Assembly: GCA_903900705.1 (NCBI GenBank)
Contig: CAIUOG010000175.1
Span: 913-64,912, forward strand
DNA: 64,000 bases
Direction: 5' to 3'
DNA from: an uncultured Acidobacteriia bacterium
GTDB lineage: Bacteria > Acidobacteriota > Terriglobia > Bryobacterales > Bryobacteraceae
Shown one piece after another: positions 8,982 to 19,600 of the stretch (within the stretch, counting starts at the first letter, position 1; every line of letters begins with the position of its first letter). The notes beneath the pieces were generated by a model that was not told where the DNA came from, searched no databases, and was given only the letters and a program-made list of their open reading frames with translations. The position numbers were made by a program, and so were the translations under genes.

Positions 8982-10211
8982 TCAGGACGGGAGTTTGTCG
9001 AGCTGGCGGACAGGCGAGAACACAAGGAAAGCGGTGGAGAGAAGGAAGCCAGCGACCCCGGCGAACATGGTTTGGCGGACGCCCAGGGGACCGGCCAGAA
9101 AGCCGCCGGCAATCGCGCCGGCGGGGATGAGCCCGCGGAAAAGCAGGTTCATCGCGCTGCTGACGCGGCCAAGGTACTGGTTCGGCGTCAGGGCCTGCAC
9201 CACGCAGTGTTCCGTGATGCTGTAGACCGGCCAGGCGGCGTCGAAAAGCTGTGAGGCAAGGAGGAACCCCGAAGCGACCGCGACCGAACCATGCGCCAGC
9301 GGAAAAAGCAGGCCGCCCAGACCCGTGGTGAGCGCCGCGCCGATCAGCGTGCGGCCCGCGCCGAAGCGGGCGAGAAGGCGCGGCGCGAGGGATGCGCCGA
9401 ACAGATTGCTGACGCCTCCAACCGAGATGATCGCCCCGAGCAGCGCGGCGCTCAAGCGCAGTTCACGGACCGCCAAGATCAGGTAGAGGCTGCTGATCAA
9501 GCCGAGCGAAAAAGCAGCGGCGGCGGTGCGCAGAGCCAGCGCCCGGAGCACGGGCGATTCCGCGCAGGTGCGGAGACCGTCGGCGATCTCGCGCAGAATA
9601 TGGGGGTTGGGCTCATGTTCCGCCGGCGGTTCCGGCTGGCGGATCAGCGCGAGCGAGAGGGCGGAGGCCAGAAAAGAAAGGGCGTCGGCCAGGATCGCGA
9701 GCGGCGCGGTGATCCGTTCGACGAGAAAGCCGGTCAGGCCAGGGCCGGCGACTTCCGCGGCGGACGCACTGAGGGCGAGCTTGCTGTTGCCTTCCACAAG
9801 CTGGCCGGGCGGCAGCAGAGTGGGTAGCCAGGCCTGATAACCGGCGTCGAAGACCACGCTCAGGATGCCGGTGGCAACCGCCACGGCGTAGAGTTGCGGC
9901 ATGACGAGGCGGTGCAGGGATGCCGCGAGGGGGATGGTGAAGAGCAGAGCGGCGCGACCGAGGTCGGCGGCAATCAGCAGGGGACGGCGGCGGACACGGT
10001 CGGCCCAGGCGCCGGCAAAGAGACCGACAAGCAGCACGGACGCGCCGCCCGCCCCGCTGAGAAAGCCCATTTGCCGGGGTGTGGCGTGGAGCAGGGTGAG
10101 AGCGGCGAAGGGAATGCCGAGCGTGCTGACCGCGGAACCGATCTGTGAGATGGTCTGGCCGGTCCAGAGCTTCAGAAAGTCGCGCTGCCGCCAGAGACCC
10201 GGTTCAGACAT
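8982..10211 (-). CDS. MFS transporter (EntS/MFS_3-like)
   Basis: 409 aa with about 12 hydrophobic segments. Contains the AGAWADRVRRRPLL loop motif typical of MFS. Confidence 0.85.
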   Translation of the reverse strand: MSEPGLWRQRDFLKLWTGQTISQIGSAVSTLGIPFAALTLLHATPRQMGFLSGAGGASVLLVGLFAGAWADRVRRRPLLIAADLGRAALLFTIPLAASLHRLVMPQLYAVAVATGILSVVFDAGYQAWLPTLLPPGQLVEGNSKLALSASAAEVAGPGLTGFLVERITAPLAILADALSFLASALSLALIRQPEPPAEHEPNPHILREIADGLRTCAESPVLRALALRTAAAAFSLGLISSLYLILAVRELRLSAALLGAIISVGGVSNLFGASLAPRLLARFGAGRTLIGAALTTGLGGLLFPLAHGSVAVASGFLLASQLFDAAWPVYSITEHCVVQALTPNQYLGRVSSAMNLLFRGLIPAGAIAGGFLAGPLGVRQTMFAGVAGFLLSTAFLVFSPVRQLDKLPS

Positions 10212-10223
10212 GCGTTGATGATG

Positions 10224-10688
10224 TCAGGCGAGCAGCAGTTCCATATGCACGTTCGAACGCGCATAGGGCGAAGGCTGCACGCGTTCGGGCGGCAGATGGC
10301 GGAAGCCCACTGCTTCATAGAGGTGCAGCGCGTTGGCGAGTTTCGTGTTGGACTCCAGATACAGCCGCGTGGCGCCGATCTCCTTCGCGCGGGCGATGAC
10401 GGCGAGCAGCAGCCGGCGCCCAATGCCCCGCCCCTGCCAGGCGTCATGTACCGTCATTTTGCCGAGTTCAAAGCTACCGTCTCCGCGGGCCAGAAGCGCG
10501 CAACATCCGACCGCCGTTCCGTCCTCAACGGCCATGATGATCTCCCCGCCGTTGTCGAGAATATAGCCCTTCGGGTCCCCGAGCACCTTGCGGTCCGGTT
10601 CTTCGAGCGAGAAGTGTTTGACAATCCAGACCTCATTGAGTTCACGGAAGGCGGTTTCGTCGCCGGGCTGGAAGGTGCGGAAGAGCAT
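10224..10688 (-). CDS. GNAT family N-acetyltransferase
   Basis: 154 aa. The acetyl-CoA motif is present as VHDAWQGRGIGRRLL (Q/R-x-x-G-x-G/A). Confidence 0.9.
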   Translation of the reverse strand: MLFRTFQPGDETAFRELNEVWIVKHFSLEEPDRKVLGDPKGYILDNGGEIIMAVEDGTAVGCCALLARGDGSFELGKMTVHDAWQGRGIGRRLLLAVIARAKEIGATRLYLESNTKLANALHLYEAVGFRHLPPERVQPSPYARSNVHMELLLA

Positions 10689-10758
10689 ACAAACACTGTA
10701 GACAAAACGGGATTGTAACGTCCAATATATCGTTTAGAGAAATCAGGACGATCTGAAT

Positions 10759-11655
10759 ATGAATCAGCACATTGAGCTCCGCCACCTGCGGTATTTCGTG
10801 GCGGTGGCGGAGGAACTGCACTTCGGGCATGCGGCGGCGCGGCTGCACATCGCGCAGCCGCCGCTTTCGCAGCAGATCCGGAAGCTGGAGGAGGAACTGG
10901 GCTGTGCGTTGTTTGCGCGGTCGTCAAGATCGGTAAAGCTGACGGCGGCGGGGGAAGCGCTGCTGGAGAGGGCACGGCGGACGCTGCAGCGTGTGAACGG
11001 CGATCTGGAGGCGGTGCGGAGCGTGGGGAGGGGCGAGGTGGGCACGCTGACGATCGGGTTCGTGGGGTCAGCCATGCTGACCGAACTGCCGACCGTGCTG
11101 GGCAAATACCGGAAGGCATTCCCGCGGGTGGTACTGCGGCTGCGGGAGAATCATACTGCCAGCCTGATTGAGCAGTTGCGCGAGGGTTCTGTGGATGTCG
11201 GGTTTCTGCGGGATACAGACCCGGCGGCGGACCTGCTGGCGGAACCGGTGGTTTCAGAGCCCTTTGTGGCGGTGGCGCCGGGGAAGCACCGGCTGGCGCG
11301 ACGCGGCGCGATTGCAGTGAAGAGTCTGCAGGAGGAACCTTTTGTTTTCTTCGCGCGGCAGGCGGGAAACCACGCGTGGCAGAAAACGATGGCCCTGTGC
11401 CAGGCGCAGGGCTTTCTGCCGAATGTGGTGCAGGAAGCGCCGCAGTGGCTGACGGTGCTCCGACTGGTGGGCGCGGGGCTGGGCGTAACCATTGCGCCGG
11501 CATCGGTGGTGCGGATTCAGGATGCGGGTGTGGTGTGCCGGAAGCTGACGCCGGACGGCGGGCTGACGAGTATCGATATGGTGCGACGAACGGAGGGCGC
11601 GAGCCCGCTGGTGGAGGAGTTCTGCTCGCTGGCGCGGCAGATTTTCAAGGGCTAA
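10759..11655 (+). CDS. LysR family transcriptional regulator
   Basis: N-terminal HTH reads LRHLRYFVAVAEELHFGHAAARLHIAQPPLSQQIRKLEEELG. It is divergent from the GNAT-MFS pair. Confidence 0.95.
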   Translation: MNQHIELRHLRYFVAVAEELHFGHAAARLHIAQPPLSQQIRKLEEELGCALFARSSRSVKLTAAGEALLERARRTLQRVNGDLEAVRSVGRGEVGTLTIGFVGSAMLTELPTVLGKYRKAFPRVVLRLRENHTASLIEQLREGSVDVGFLRDTDPAADLLAEPVVSEPFVAVAPGKHRLARRGAIAVKSLQEEPFVFFARQAGNHAWQKTMALCQAQGFLPNVVQEAPQWLTVLRLVGAGLGVTIAPASVVRIQDAGVVCRKLTPDGGLTSIDMVRRTEGASPLVEEFCSLARQIFKG

Positions 11656-12092
11656 CCTTTGCCCTTACCGAGCGCGATCACGAAGTATTCGGCGGGTTCC
11701 GGGCCGGGGTTCTTCCAGCCATGCAGCTCGCCTGAACCGACGTAGATGACCGAACCGGCGTTGAGGCGGGTGGTTTTGCCGCCAAATGTGGCGTCCAGCA
11801 CGCCGCGCCGCAGCATGAGGACTTCTTCGTGAGGATGCTGGTGCGGCGGGTGGGGAATCTGGCCGGGGCCGAGTTCGGTCATGTGCAGTTCCACGGGGAA
11901 ACCGAGGTGATTTTCGCCGTCGAACACGGCGCGGCCTTTGTTCTGGCCGTTGACCTTTACGGGGAGGTCTTCATAAGGGAAGGCCCTGGTGGTCATCATC
12001 CGTTTGTCCTGACTCCTGAGCTCGGTCACGGCGAGTTCGGTCACGGCGAGGGCCGGCAGCAGGCGGGACAGATCCCGGCGGGAAACTTTCAT
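11652..12092 (-). CDS. cupin domain protein with Tat-like signal peptide
   Basis: The N-terminus is MKVSRRDLSRLLPALAV. The cupin motif is present as PHPPHQHPHEEVLMLRRG...GSGELHGWKN. Confidence 0.8.
   Translation of the reverse strand: MKVSRRDLSRLLPALAVTELAVTELRSQDKRMMTTRAFPYEDLPVKVNGQNKGRAVFDGENHLGFPVELHMTELGPGQIPHPPHQHPHEEVLMLRRGVLDATFGGKTTRLNAGSVIYVGSGELHGWKNPGPEPAEYFVIALGKGKG
12021..12050 (-). repeat. 15-bp tandem duplication inside the cupin signal-peptide region
   Basis: CTCGGTCACGGCGAG / TTCGGTCACGGCGAG encode the duplicated peptide AVTELAVTEL. Confidence 0.9.
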
Positions 12093-12135
12093 GGGCCCAG
12101 TCTATCTAACGAACCGGAATGCGCGGCGTCTTATA

Positions 12136-12720
12136 ATGCAAGACAAGTCCCCCTCCATGGAAGAACAGCAAGCCCAGCCTGTTGAGCCCGTTGCGCCCGC
12201 GCGCGGCTTTGATCCGCTCTCTCTGCTGCGTGACATTGCCGTCTCGGTGTTGCTGGCGGCCTTTCTGATTGTGTTTATTTACCAGCCGGTGAAGGTGGAA
12301 GGCACCAGCATGATGCCCGGTCTGAGCGATCAGGAACGCATCTTCATCAACAAGTACGAATACAAGTTCGGCGTCGGGGCGATTGAGCGAAGTGATCTGG
12401 TGGTGTTTCACTTCCCGCTCGACCGCAGCCAGAGCTATATCAAGCGCATCATCGGCGTGCCGGGCGACACAGTGGAGATTGTGCGCGGCAAGGTTTTCGT
12501 GAATGGCAAGGCGATTGACGAGCCGTACGTGCCGGAAGAATACCGCGACCACATGACGATGCCCAAACGGCATGTGGATGATGGGCAGTATTTCGTGCTG
12601 GGGGACCACCGCAGTTCGTCCAACGACAGCCGGGTGTGGGGCCTGGTGGACCGGTCCGACATTTACGGCAAAGCGGTGTTCGTGTACTGGCCGCCGGATA
12701 AGATCGGCCGGGTTCATTAA
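12136..12720 (+). CDS. lepB: signal peptidase I
   Basis: S26 boxes are present: GTSMMPGL (catalytic Ser), SDLVVFHFP, YIKRIIGVPGDTVEI (catalytic Lys) and VLGDHRSSSNDSRVWG. The ORF opens at 12091, but I prefer the ATG at 12136 because it avoids abutting the divergent gene. The start remains uncertain. Confidence 0.9.
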   Translation: MQDKSPSMEEQQAQPVEPVAPARGFDPLSLLRDIAVSVLLAAFLIVFIYQPVKVEGTSMMPGLSDQERIFINKYEYKFGVGAIERSDLVVFHFPLDRSQSYIKRIIGVPGDTVEIVRGKVFVNGKAIDEPYVPEEYRDHMTMPKRHVDDGQYFVLGDHRSSSNDSRVWGLVDRSDIYGKAVFVYWPPDKIGRVH

Positions 12721-12722
12721 GC

Positions 12723-12746
12723 CCCGGCCGACCTGCGCCGGGTTTT
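12723..12746 (+). terminator. intrinsic terminator after lepB
   Basis: Stem CCCGGC (12723-12728) / GCCGGG (12737-12742) with an 8-nt loop, followed by TTTT (12743-12746). Confidence 0.55.
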
Positions 12747-13449
12747 ACTGGTTCCCGAGGATGGTGTCCTGGTGCGACTGGTAATGCGCCCCCATGGTGC
12801 AGTTGGCGGCGAGGATGTCCGTCGCGGCGGCGACCACCGCAGCCCACTTTGCGCCGGGAATCGCGAGGTACAGTTCCTGCTCCGGAAGCCCGGTAAACGT
12901 GCGATTTCCTTTGCAGCCGAAGGAGAGTGCGGAGAGGCCGGTACCGGTCGAAAGAGGCAGCACCGCGCAACCGGGACGTCCCAGCGTCTGGGTGAGCGCG
13001 TTGCCAGCGCCGGCGCGCACGGCGGCTTCGTAGATCAGCATGGCGGAACCGGGCGTGGCCGCAATCAGGACCACGTCCGGCGTGAAGGTGGCTTCCTCCG
13101 CCGGAGCATAGGCGACGAACGCCGGAGTCTTCGGCAGGACCGGAATTCCGGGCACTTCCTCCATCTGCAGATAGCCGCTGCCCACCATGAAGCCGATGGT
13201 TTCCATCAGCACATTGCCCCGATCCGCGGGAATCGGCATGGCGTGGGTATACGCCCCCACGGCGCAGTTGAAATGGTCGGAAGGCACGGTATAAAAACTC
13301 CGACCCTCCCACGCGGCGCGCCAGAAGACGCACCCGGCAGGCACGGCGCCGCTGTTCCAAGGGGCAATGCCCACAGGCGGTTCGTCCAGAAATCCGATGG
13401 CTACGGGCGCTTTCGTCAGCCCGAGTTGAGTTTGCAAGGCGAGGTTCAT
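12745..13449 (-). CDS. DUF169 domain-containing protein
   Basis: I refined the start to the ATG at 13449 (MNLALQTQLGLTKAPVAIGF). This makes an ATGA overlap with the upstream gene stop. The CVFW..FYT..DHFNCAVGAYTH pattern matches DUF169 as I recall it. Confidence 0.7.
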   Translation of the reverse strand: MNLALQTQLGLTKAPVAIGFLDEPPVGIAPWNSGAVPAGCVFWRAAWEGRSFYTVPSDHFNCAVGAYTHAMPIPADRGNVLMETIGFMVGSGYLQMEEVPGIPVLPKTPAFVAYAPAEEATFTPDVVLIAATPGSAMLIYEAAVRAGAGNALTQTLGRPGCAVLPLSTGTGLSALSFGCKGNRTFTGLPEQELYLAIPGAKWAAVVAAATDILAANCTMGAHYQSHQDTILGNQ

Positions 13450-13979
13450 GAGATTTTGGGTTTGAATTTGACGATTTCCTTGTACTTCTCCAGCGTGTTG
13501 TAGACGATGGGGCAGTAGGTGGCGCGGTCGATCATCTGCCACATGCGGCTCTGGATGGAGCCGCGACCGCGGATGAGATGCGGAAAGTCCTGACAGGTGT
13601 CCGGACGGGCCTCGTAGACGGTGCAGTCGTTGCCGTCAAGGAAGATGCACCCGGCTTCGGTGCGGCGTAGAATGAGTTCCTCCTCCTCGTCCTCTTCCTG
13701 GACGGACATGGTGGTGTACTCCATGATGAACTGCTTTGCGGTCATGCCGAAGAACTTCGCGAGCCGTTCCACATCGCGCTGCTCAATGTTGGTTTCGGCG
13801 ACTTTGCAGCAGTTGGCGCAGGCGCGGCAGTCGATCTGGTCGCCAATCTCCTCCGCGACGTGGCGGAACTGGCGTTCCGGAAAGTAGTGCGCCTTCATGT
13901 GGCGGCGGAAAAGCTCGTTTTCCTTCAGTTTCTTTTCGCCCAGGCGCTGGATCTGGACCAGATCGGTAATCACTACCAT
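13446..13979 (-). CDS. YkgJ-family cysteine-cluster protein (UPF0153, putative Zn/Fe-binding)
   Basis: Contains the DCRACANCCK motif (C-x2-C-x2-CC) plus the downstream cysteines GCIFLDGNDCTVYEARPDTCQ. Confidence 0.7.
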   Translation of the reverse strand: MVVITDLVQIQRLGEKKLKENELFRRHMKAHYFPERQFRHVAEEIGDQIDCRACANCCKVAETNIEQRDVERLAKFFGMTAKQFIMEYTTMSVQEEDEEEELILRRTEAGCIFLDGNDCTVYEARPDTCQDFPHLIRGRGSIQSRMWQMIDRATYCPIVYNTLEKYKEIVKFKPKIS

Positions 13980-14013
13980 CAGGTTACCGAATGACAGCGA
14001 GGGAACTGAGAGA

Positions 14014-15519
14014 ATGTTTCAAATGCCTGAGATCTCGCCCGCCAATCACCCGGATCCCTCCATCCTCCGATGGGACAAGACGTTCTTTGGCCACCCGCTG
14101 GGCCTTTCCACCTGCTTCTTCACGGAGATGTGGGAGCGCTTCAGTTACTACGGCATGCGGGCGCTGCTGATTCTGTTTATGACGGCGAGCGTGTCGAAGG
14201 GCGGGCTGGGCTTCCCGACCTCAAAGGCGGGTGCGATTTACGGCATGTTCACGGCTGTGGCATACCTGATGAGCCTGCCGGGCGGCTGGATTGCCGACCG
14301 CATTCTGGGCCAGCGGCGGACGGTGCTGTACGGCGGGCTGCTGATTGCGGCCGGAAACTTCCTGATGGTGGCGCCGCGGCTTTCCACGTTCTACACCGGG
14401 CTGGTGCTGATCACGTTCGGCACCGGGCTGCTGAAACCCAATATCAGCACGATGGTGGGGAATCTGTATTCGGCGGACGATGTGCGGCGTGACGGCGGTT
14501 TTTCCATCTTCTACATGGGGATCAACGTGGGCGCGTTCGCCTCTCCCCTGATCTGCGGCTACCTGGGCGAGAACATCAACTGGCACTACGGCTTCCTGGC
14601 GGCGGCGCTGGGGATGCTGCTGGGCCTGACCCAGTACGTGCTGGGCGGCAAATATCTGGGCAAGGCCGGCCTCACCAGCTGCGGGACGGAGGCGGACCGC
14701 GCGCTGTTCTTCAAAGTGATGGCGGGCTCCGTGGCGCTGGTGGCGGTGGGCGCAGGGCTATCGCTCGCGGGCGTGATCGACGTGACGGCGGAGGGGCTTT
14801 CGAACGTTTTCGGCACCGGACTGCTGGTTGTTGTGGTGGTGTTCTTCGGGTGGCTGCTGACGTCAAAGGAGTACACCAGCATTGAGCGGCGGCGGTTCTG
14901 GGTGATTCTGGTGCTCTTTATTGCGGCGGCGCTGTTCTGGTCCGCTTTCGAACAGGCAGGCTCCACGCTGAACCTGTTTGCGGAGCGGAACACGAACCTG
15001 CATGCGTGGGACTTCCCGCTGTGGGGGCAGTTCCGCGCCAGCTACTACCAGAGCTTCAATTCGCTGTTCATGATCGGCGGCATGGCGGTCTTCTTCTCCT
15101 GGCTCTGGATCCGGCTGGGGAAACATGAGCCGAGCAGCACGGCGAAGTTCTCGGTAGGTCTGCTGTTTGTGGGTCTGGGCTTTGCGATTCTGATTCCGGT
15201 GGCGAATTCGACGAACGTGAGTCCGCTGTGGCTGACGCTGACGTATCTGCTGCACACCATCGGGGAGCTTTGCCTGAGCCCGGTGGGGTTGAGCGCGATG
15301 ACGAAGCTTGCGCCGGCGCGGGCGGTGGGGCTGATTATGGGCGTCTGGTTTCTGGCGACTTCGGTGGGGAACTTTATTGGCGGGCGACTGGCCTCGATGT
15401 ATGAATCGTTCCCGCTGCCGATGCTGTTCGGGCTGGTGGCGGGCTTCTGCTTCCTGCTGGCGCTGGTGCTGGTTTTGATGATTCGTCCCATGAGGGGACT
15501 TTCGGAAGGTGTGAACTGA
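14014..15519 (+). CDS. POT/PTR2 family proton-dependent oligopeptide transporter
   Basis: The PTR2 signature is present as FFTEMWERFSYYGMRALLILFM and GGWIADRILGQRRTV. I refined the start to the ATG at 14014 (MFQMPEISP). Confidence 0.9.
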   Translation: MFQMPEISPANHPDPSILRWDKTFFGHPLGLSTCFFTEMWERFSYYGMRALLILFMTASVSKGGLGFPTSKAGAIYGMFTAVAYLMSLPGGWIADRILGQRRTVLYGGLLIAAGNFLMVAPRLSTFYTGLVLITFGTGLLKPNISTMVGNLYSADDVRRDGGFSIFYMGINVGAFASPLICGYLGENINWHYGFLAAALGMLLGLTQYVLGGKYLGKAGLTSCGTEADRALFFKVMAGSVALVAVGAGLSLAGVIDVTAEGLSNVFGTGLLVVVVVFFGWLLTSKEYTSIERRRFWVILVLFIAAALFWSAFEQAGSTLNLFAERNTNLHAWDFPLWGQFRASYYQSFNSLFMIGGMAVFFSWLWIRLGKHEPSSTAKFSVGLLFVGLGFAILIPVANSTNVSPLWLTLTYLLHTIGELCLSPVGLSAMTKLAPARAVGLIMGVWFLATSVGNFIGGRLASMYESFPLPMLFGLVAGFCFLLALVLVLMIRPMRGLSEGVN

Positions 15520-15537
15520 TGGAAGGTGTGAACTGAT
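15504..15537 (+). repeat. perfect 17-bp tandem duplication at a gene junction
   Basis: GGAAGGTGTGAACTGAT occurs twice (15504-15520 and 15521-15537). Copy 1 carries the transporter stop. Copy 2 carries the first two bases of the aminotransferase ATG. Confidence 0.95.
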
Positions 15538-16657
15538 GTCGGGATTGTGGTCGCGCTACCGGGAAGAGTTTCCCGTTACGCAGAATCTGGTGTATCTGAA
15601 TCATGCGGCGGTATCGCCGCTGAGCCGGCGGGCGGCGTCGGCAATGCAGCATCTGGCGCAGGATGCGCTGGAGTTCGGGAGTTTCCACTACGGGCAGTGG
15701 ATGGAAACGTACGAGGGCCTGCGGCGGTCCACGGCGCGGCTGATCAACGCGCAGCCAGGTGAGATCGCCATCACGAAGAACACCAGCGAGGGAATCGCCA
15801 CGGTGGCCACGGGCATGCGCTGGCAGGCGGGTGACGTGATGGTCGCGTTCGAGGAGGAGTTCCCGGCGAATTTCTTCCCCTGGAAGAAGCTGGAGCAGGC
15901 GGGCGTGGAGGTGCGGTGGCTCTCGATCTTCGACCCATTGGAGAAGATCGATCAGGCGGCCAGGGGCGCGCGGATGCTGGCGATCAGCTTCGTGAACTAC
16001 CTGAATGGATACCGCGTAAACCTATGTGAAATCGGGGAGATCTGCGCGCGGCACAACTGCTTCTTCTTCGTGGATGCGATCCAGGGCATGGGTGTGTTTC
16101 CGATTGACGTGGAGGCGTTAAAAATCGACGCGCTGGCGGCGGATGCGCACAAGTGGATGATCGGGCCGGAGGGCTGCGCGGTGCTGTATGTGCGGCAGGC
16201 GAAGCAGGACCTGATTGAGCCGATTCAGCTGGGCTGGACGAACTTCGCGCATTACAACGATTACGCCTCGCGGGACATGACGCTGCGGCCGGACGCGGGG
16301 CGGTACGAATCGGGAACGCTCAACACCATCGGTTGCTACGGGGTGCGCGCCGCGCTGGACCTGCTGCTGGAGGTGGGCGTGGAGAACATCCGCCCGGCGG
16401 TGCAGGGGCTGGCGGACCAACTTTGGGAGGGTGCGCAGGAACTGGGTTTTGAGTGTCTGGGGGTGCGGACGCCGGAGACCGGAGCGGGCATCGTGTCGGT
16501 CCGGAAGCCGGGTGTGGACAGCGTTTATGTGGTACGGAAACTGAAGGACGCCGGCATTATCGCCGCGCCACGCCAGGGGTGGGTACGGTTTTCGCCGCAC
16601 TTCTACATTTCGCCCGAAGATGTGGAGCGGTGTCTGGCGGAACTGAAGGGGTTTTAG
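15536..16657 (+). CDS. class V-fold PLP-dependent aminotransferase (cysteine desulfurase/selenocysteine lyase-like)
   Basis: 373 aa. Contains YLNHAAVSP, FFVDAIQGMG and the ADAHKW PLP-lysine motif. Confidence 0.85.
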   Translation: MSGLWSRYREEFPVTQNLVYLNHAAVSPLSRRAASAMQHLAQDALEFGSFHYGQWMETYEGLRRSTARLINAQPGEIAITKNTSEGIATVATGMRWQAGDVMVAFEEEFPANFFPWKKLEQAGVEVRWLSIFDPLEKIDQAARGARMLAISFVNYLNGYRVNLCEIGEICARHNCFFFVDAIQGMGVFPIDVEALKIDALAADAHKWMIGPEGCAVLYVRQAKQDLIEPIQLGWTNFAHYNDYASRDMTLRPDAGRYESGTLNTIGCYGVRAALDLLLEVGVENIRPAVQGLADQLWEGAQELGFECLGVRTPETGAGIVSVRKPGVDSVYVVRKLKDAGIIAAPRQGWVRFSPHFYISPEDVERCLAELKGF

Positions 16658-16669
16658 GGTGATCCGCCG

Positions 16670-19600
16670 TTAGTGAAAATCGTGAGAACCAGCTACCGGC
16701 GAGAGGGGCTCCACGCGTTCGATGCTCCGGGCCAGAACATGAATCACACCATCCACGTTCTGGATTTTGCCGTCGATTAACAGGTACGCTTCGGTCAGAA
16801 TGGTGAGCCGGAACAGATCGAAAACATCCGGCATCACTACCGCATTGAAGATGCCGGTTTCGTCTTCGAGACTGATGAACACGATGCCCTTTGCCGTGCC
16901 GGGCCGCTGGCGCACCACCACGGCTCCGGCGACTTTGACCAGGCGTCCGTTACGGAGGTGGGCGAGGTCGGCGGCTTTGGTGACGCCGATGGCATCCATG
17001 GCTTCGCGCAGAAAGTGCATAGGGTGGCGACCGATGGTGAGGCCGGTGCCGTAGTAATCCGCGCCCAGACGTTCGGCGACCGTCATCTGATCGAGCGGGG
17101 CGTCGATGACGGTTTCGGGCAACTCTTCGAGCAGTGGCCCGGTGGGGCGTCCGGCGCGACCGGCCTTCCAAAGAGCGTCCCGCCGATGCGCGGTGCCCAG
17201 ATTCGCGAGCGCGCCCACGCCCGCCAGCATCTCCAGTTCGTTTTTCCGGAGTGACGGCACGCGGCGGGCGAGGTCATCCACGTCGCGGAAGGGACTTTCC
17301 TGAACGATGGCCAGGCCGGATTCGGCGCGCAGACCGCGAACGTAACGGAGGCCGAGGCGCAGGTTGCGCCTGTCGCCTTCAATAGTGCAATCCCAGCCGG
17401 AAACATTGACGTCCACCGGCAGCACGCGCAGGCCGTGGCGCTGGGCGTCCTTCACCAGAACGGCCGGGGAGTAGAAGCCCATCGGCTGATTATTGAGCAG
17501 CGCGCAGGTGAAAGCGGCGAGGTAGTGCACCTTGAACCAGGCGCTGGCATAGGCCAGCAGAGCAAAGCTGGCGGCGTGCGATTCCGGGAAGCCATAGAGC
17601 GCGAACGAGGTAATGGAGAGCACGATCTTATCCGCCGTCTCCCCGACGATGCCGTGCCGCGCCATGCCGGCGCGCAGCTTCACCTCAATCTCTTTCATGC
17701 GCGCTTCGGAACGTTTGAAGCCCATGGCGCGACGCAGTTCCTCGGCTTCGCCACCCGAGAAATCGGCGGCCAGCATCGCCATGCGCAGCAGCTGTTCCTG
17801 AAAAAGCGGGACGCCGAGCGTTCGTTCCAGCACGGGCGCCAGGATGGGATGCAGGGGGTCCACCGGTTCCCTGCCCGCGCGGCGGTTCAGATATGGGTGC
17901 ACCATCTGGCCGACGATGGGGCCGGGCCGGATGAGCGCGACCTCCACCACCAGATCGTAAAACTTCCGGGGGCGCAGGCGCGGCAGAGTGGCCTGCTGGG
18001 CGCGGCTTTCCACCTGAAACATGCCGATGGTGTCGCCTTTGCACAGAACGTCGTAGACCTTCGGATCATCGGCCGGAATCCTGCCGAGATCGATCTTCTC
18101 CCGCCAGTGCTTTTCGATCAGCACGAGGCAGTCTTCAAGCGCCGCCATCATGCCCAGGCCGAGCAGGTCCACTTTGATGAGGCCCAGATCAGCGCAGTCC
18201 TCTTTATCCCACTGGACCACGACGCGGTTGGGCATGGACGCCGGTTCGAGCGGCACCACGCGATCAAGACTCCCCTGGCAGATGACCATGCCGCCGGAGT
18301 GCTGGCCGAGGTGCCGGGGCAGATCCTGCAGACCCGTCACGATGTTGATGAAATTGCGCACGCGGTGGTCGCGCGGGTCGAGACCGGCTTCGCGGAACTT
18401 GCGCTCGGAGTCTTCGGCGCTGTCGGAATGGCCCCAGCGTGAAGAGAGGCTGGAGACTTTATCGAGCGTGGAGACGTCGAAGCCCAGTACTTTGCCGGCC
18501 TCGCGGGCGGCTAGTTTGCCGCGATACGTGATGACGTTGGCGGTCATGGCCGCGCCGCGTTCGCCGTAGCGCTCATAGACGTACTGGATGGCGCGTTCGC
18601 GCTTCTCGCCGCTGGGCAGATCGATATCGATGTCGGGCCATTCGCCGCGTTCTTCAGAGAGGAAGCGTTCGAAGAGGAGGTCCATGCCGACCGGGTCCAC
18701 GGCGGTGATGCCGAGCGAGTAACAGACGGCGCTGTTGGCTGCGGAACCGCGGCCCTGGCAGAGAATTCCCTGTTCTTTGCAGAAGCGCACAATGTCCCAG
18801 ACGATGAGAAAGTAGCCGCCGAGGTTGAGCTTCTCAATGAGCTTCAGTTCTTTTTCAATCTGCTGACGGGCGCGATCATGATAGGGCTGGTAGCGCCAGC
18901 GCGCACCGGCGTCAGTGAGTTTCCAGAGGTAGGAAGAGACGGTTTCGCCGGGTGGCAACGGATAGTCCGGGAACTGGTAGCCGAGGTCTTTGAGCGTGAA
19001 TTCGAGGCGGGAGGAGATCTCGCGGGTGTTGGCGATGGCTTCGGGGAGGTCGGCGAAGAGGCGGACCATCCGCGGCCCGGATTTGAGATAGCGCTCCGAA
19101 TTGAGGGAGAGCAGCCGGCCCGCCTGGGCGAGCGTGACCTTGTTGTGGAGGCAGGTGAAGACGTCCATGATGGGGCGCTGCGACGGGGTGGCATGGCAGA
19201 CGCCATTGGTGGCGACGAGGGGGAGCCGGAAGGCGCGGGCGAGTTCGATGGCGGCCTGATTACGGACTTCCTCCGGGCGATGGAGGTGGCGCTGGAGTTC
19301 CACACAGACGTTCTCGCGGCCGAAGGTATTGATGAGGTTTTCGAGGGTTTTCTGCTGCATGCCGCCGCGCGCGAGCGGGCCCTCGTCGCCGCCGGTGAGG
19401 CAGATCAGGCCGTCGGCAAATTCCGCGAAGTCTTCCGGGGTGGCGGCGGGTTCCAGCCCAGACTTCGGATTCTTCGTGCCGGCGCGGAGTTTCATGCGCG
19501 TCACCAGCCGGCAGAGGTTCTGGTAGCCGGTGCGGTTCCTGACGAGCAGGGTGTAGCGGGATCGATCGGGAACCGTGATTTCAGCGCCCAGATGGGCTTT

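Noticed and set aside
10689-10758. LysR T-N11-A binding site (TAACG-N10-CGTT) in the GNAT/LysR divergent region.
   Set aside because: The half-sites are only 4-5 bp long in an AT-richer spacer, which is too weak to call without comparative data.
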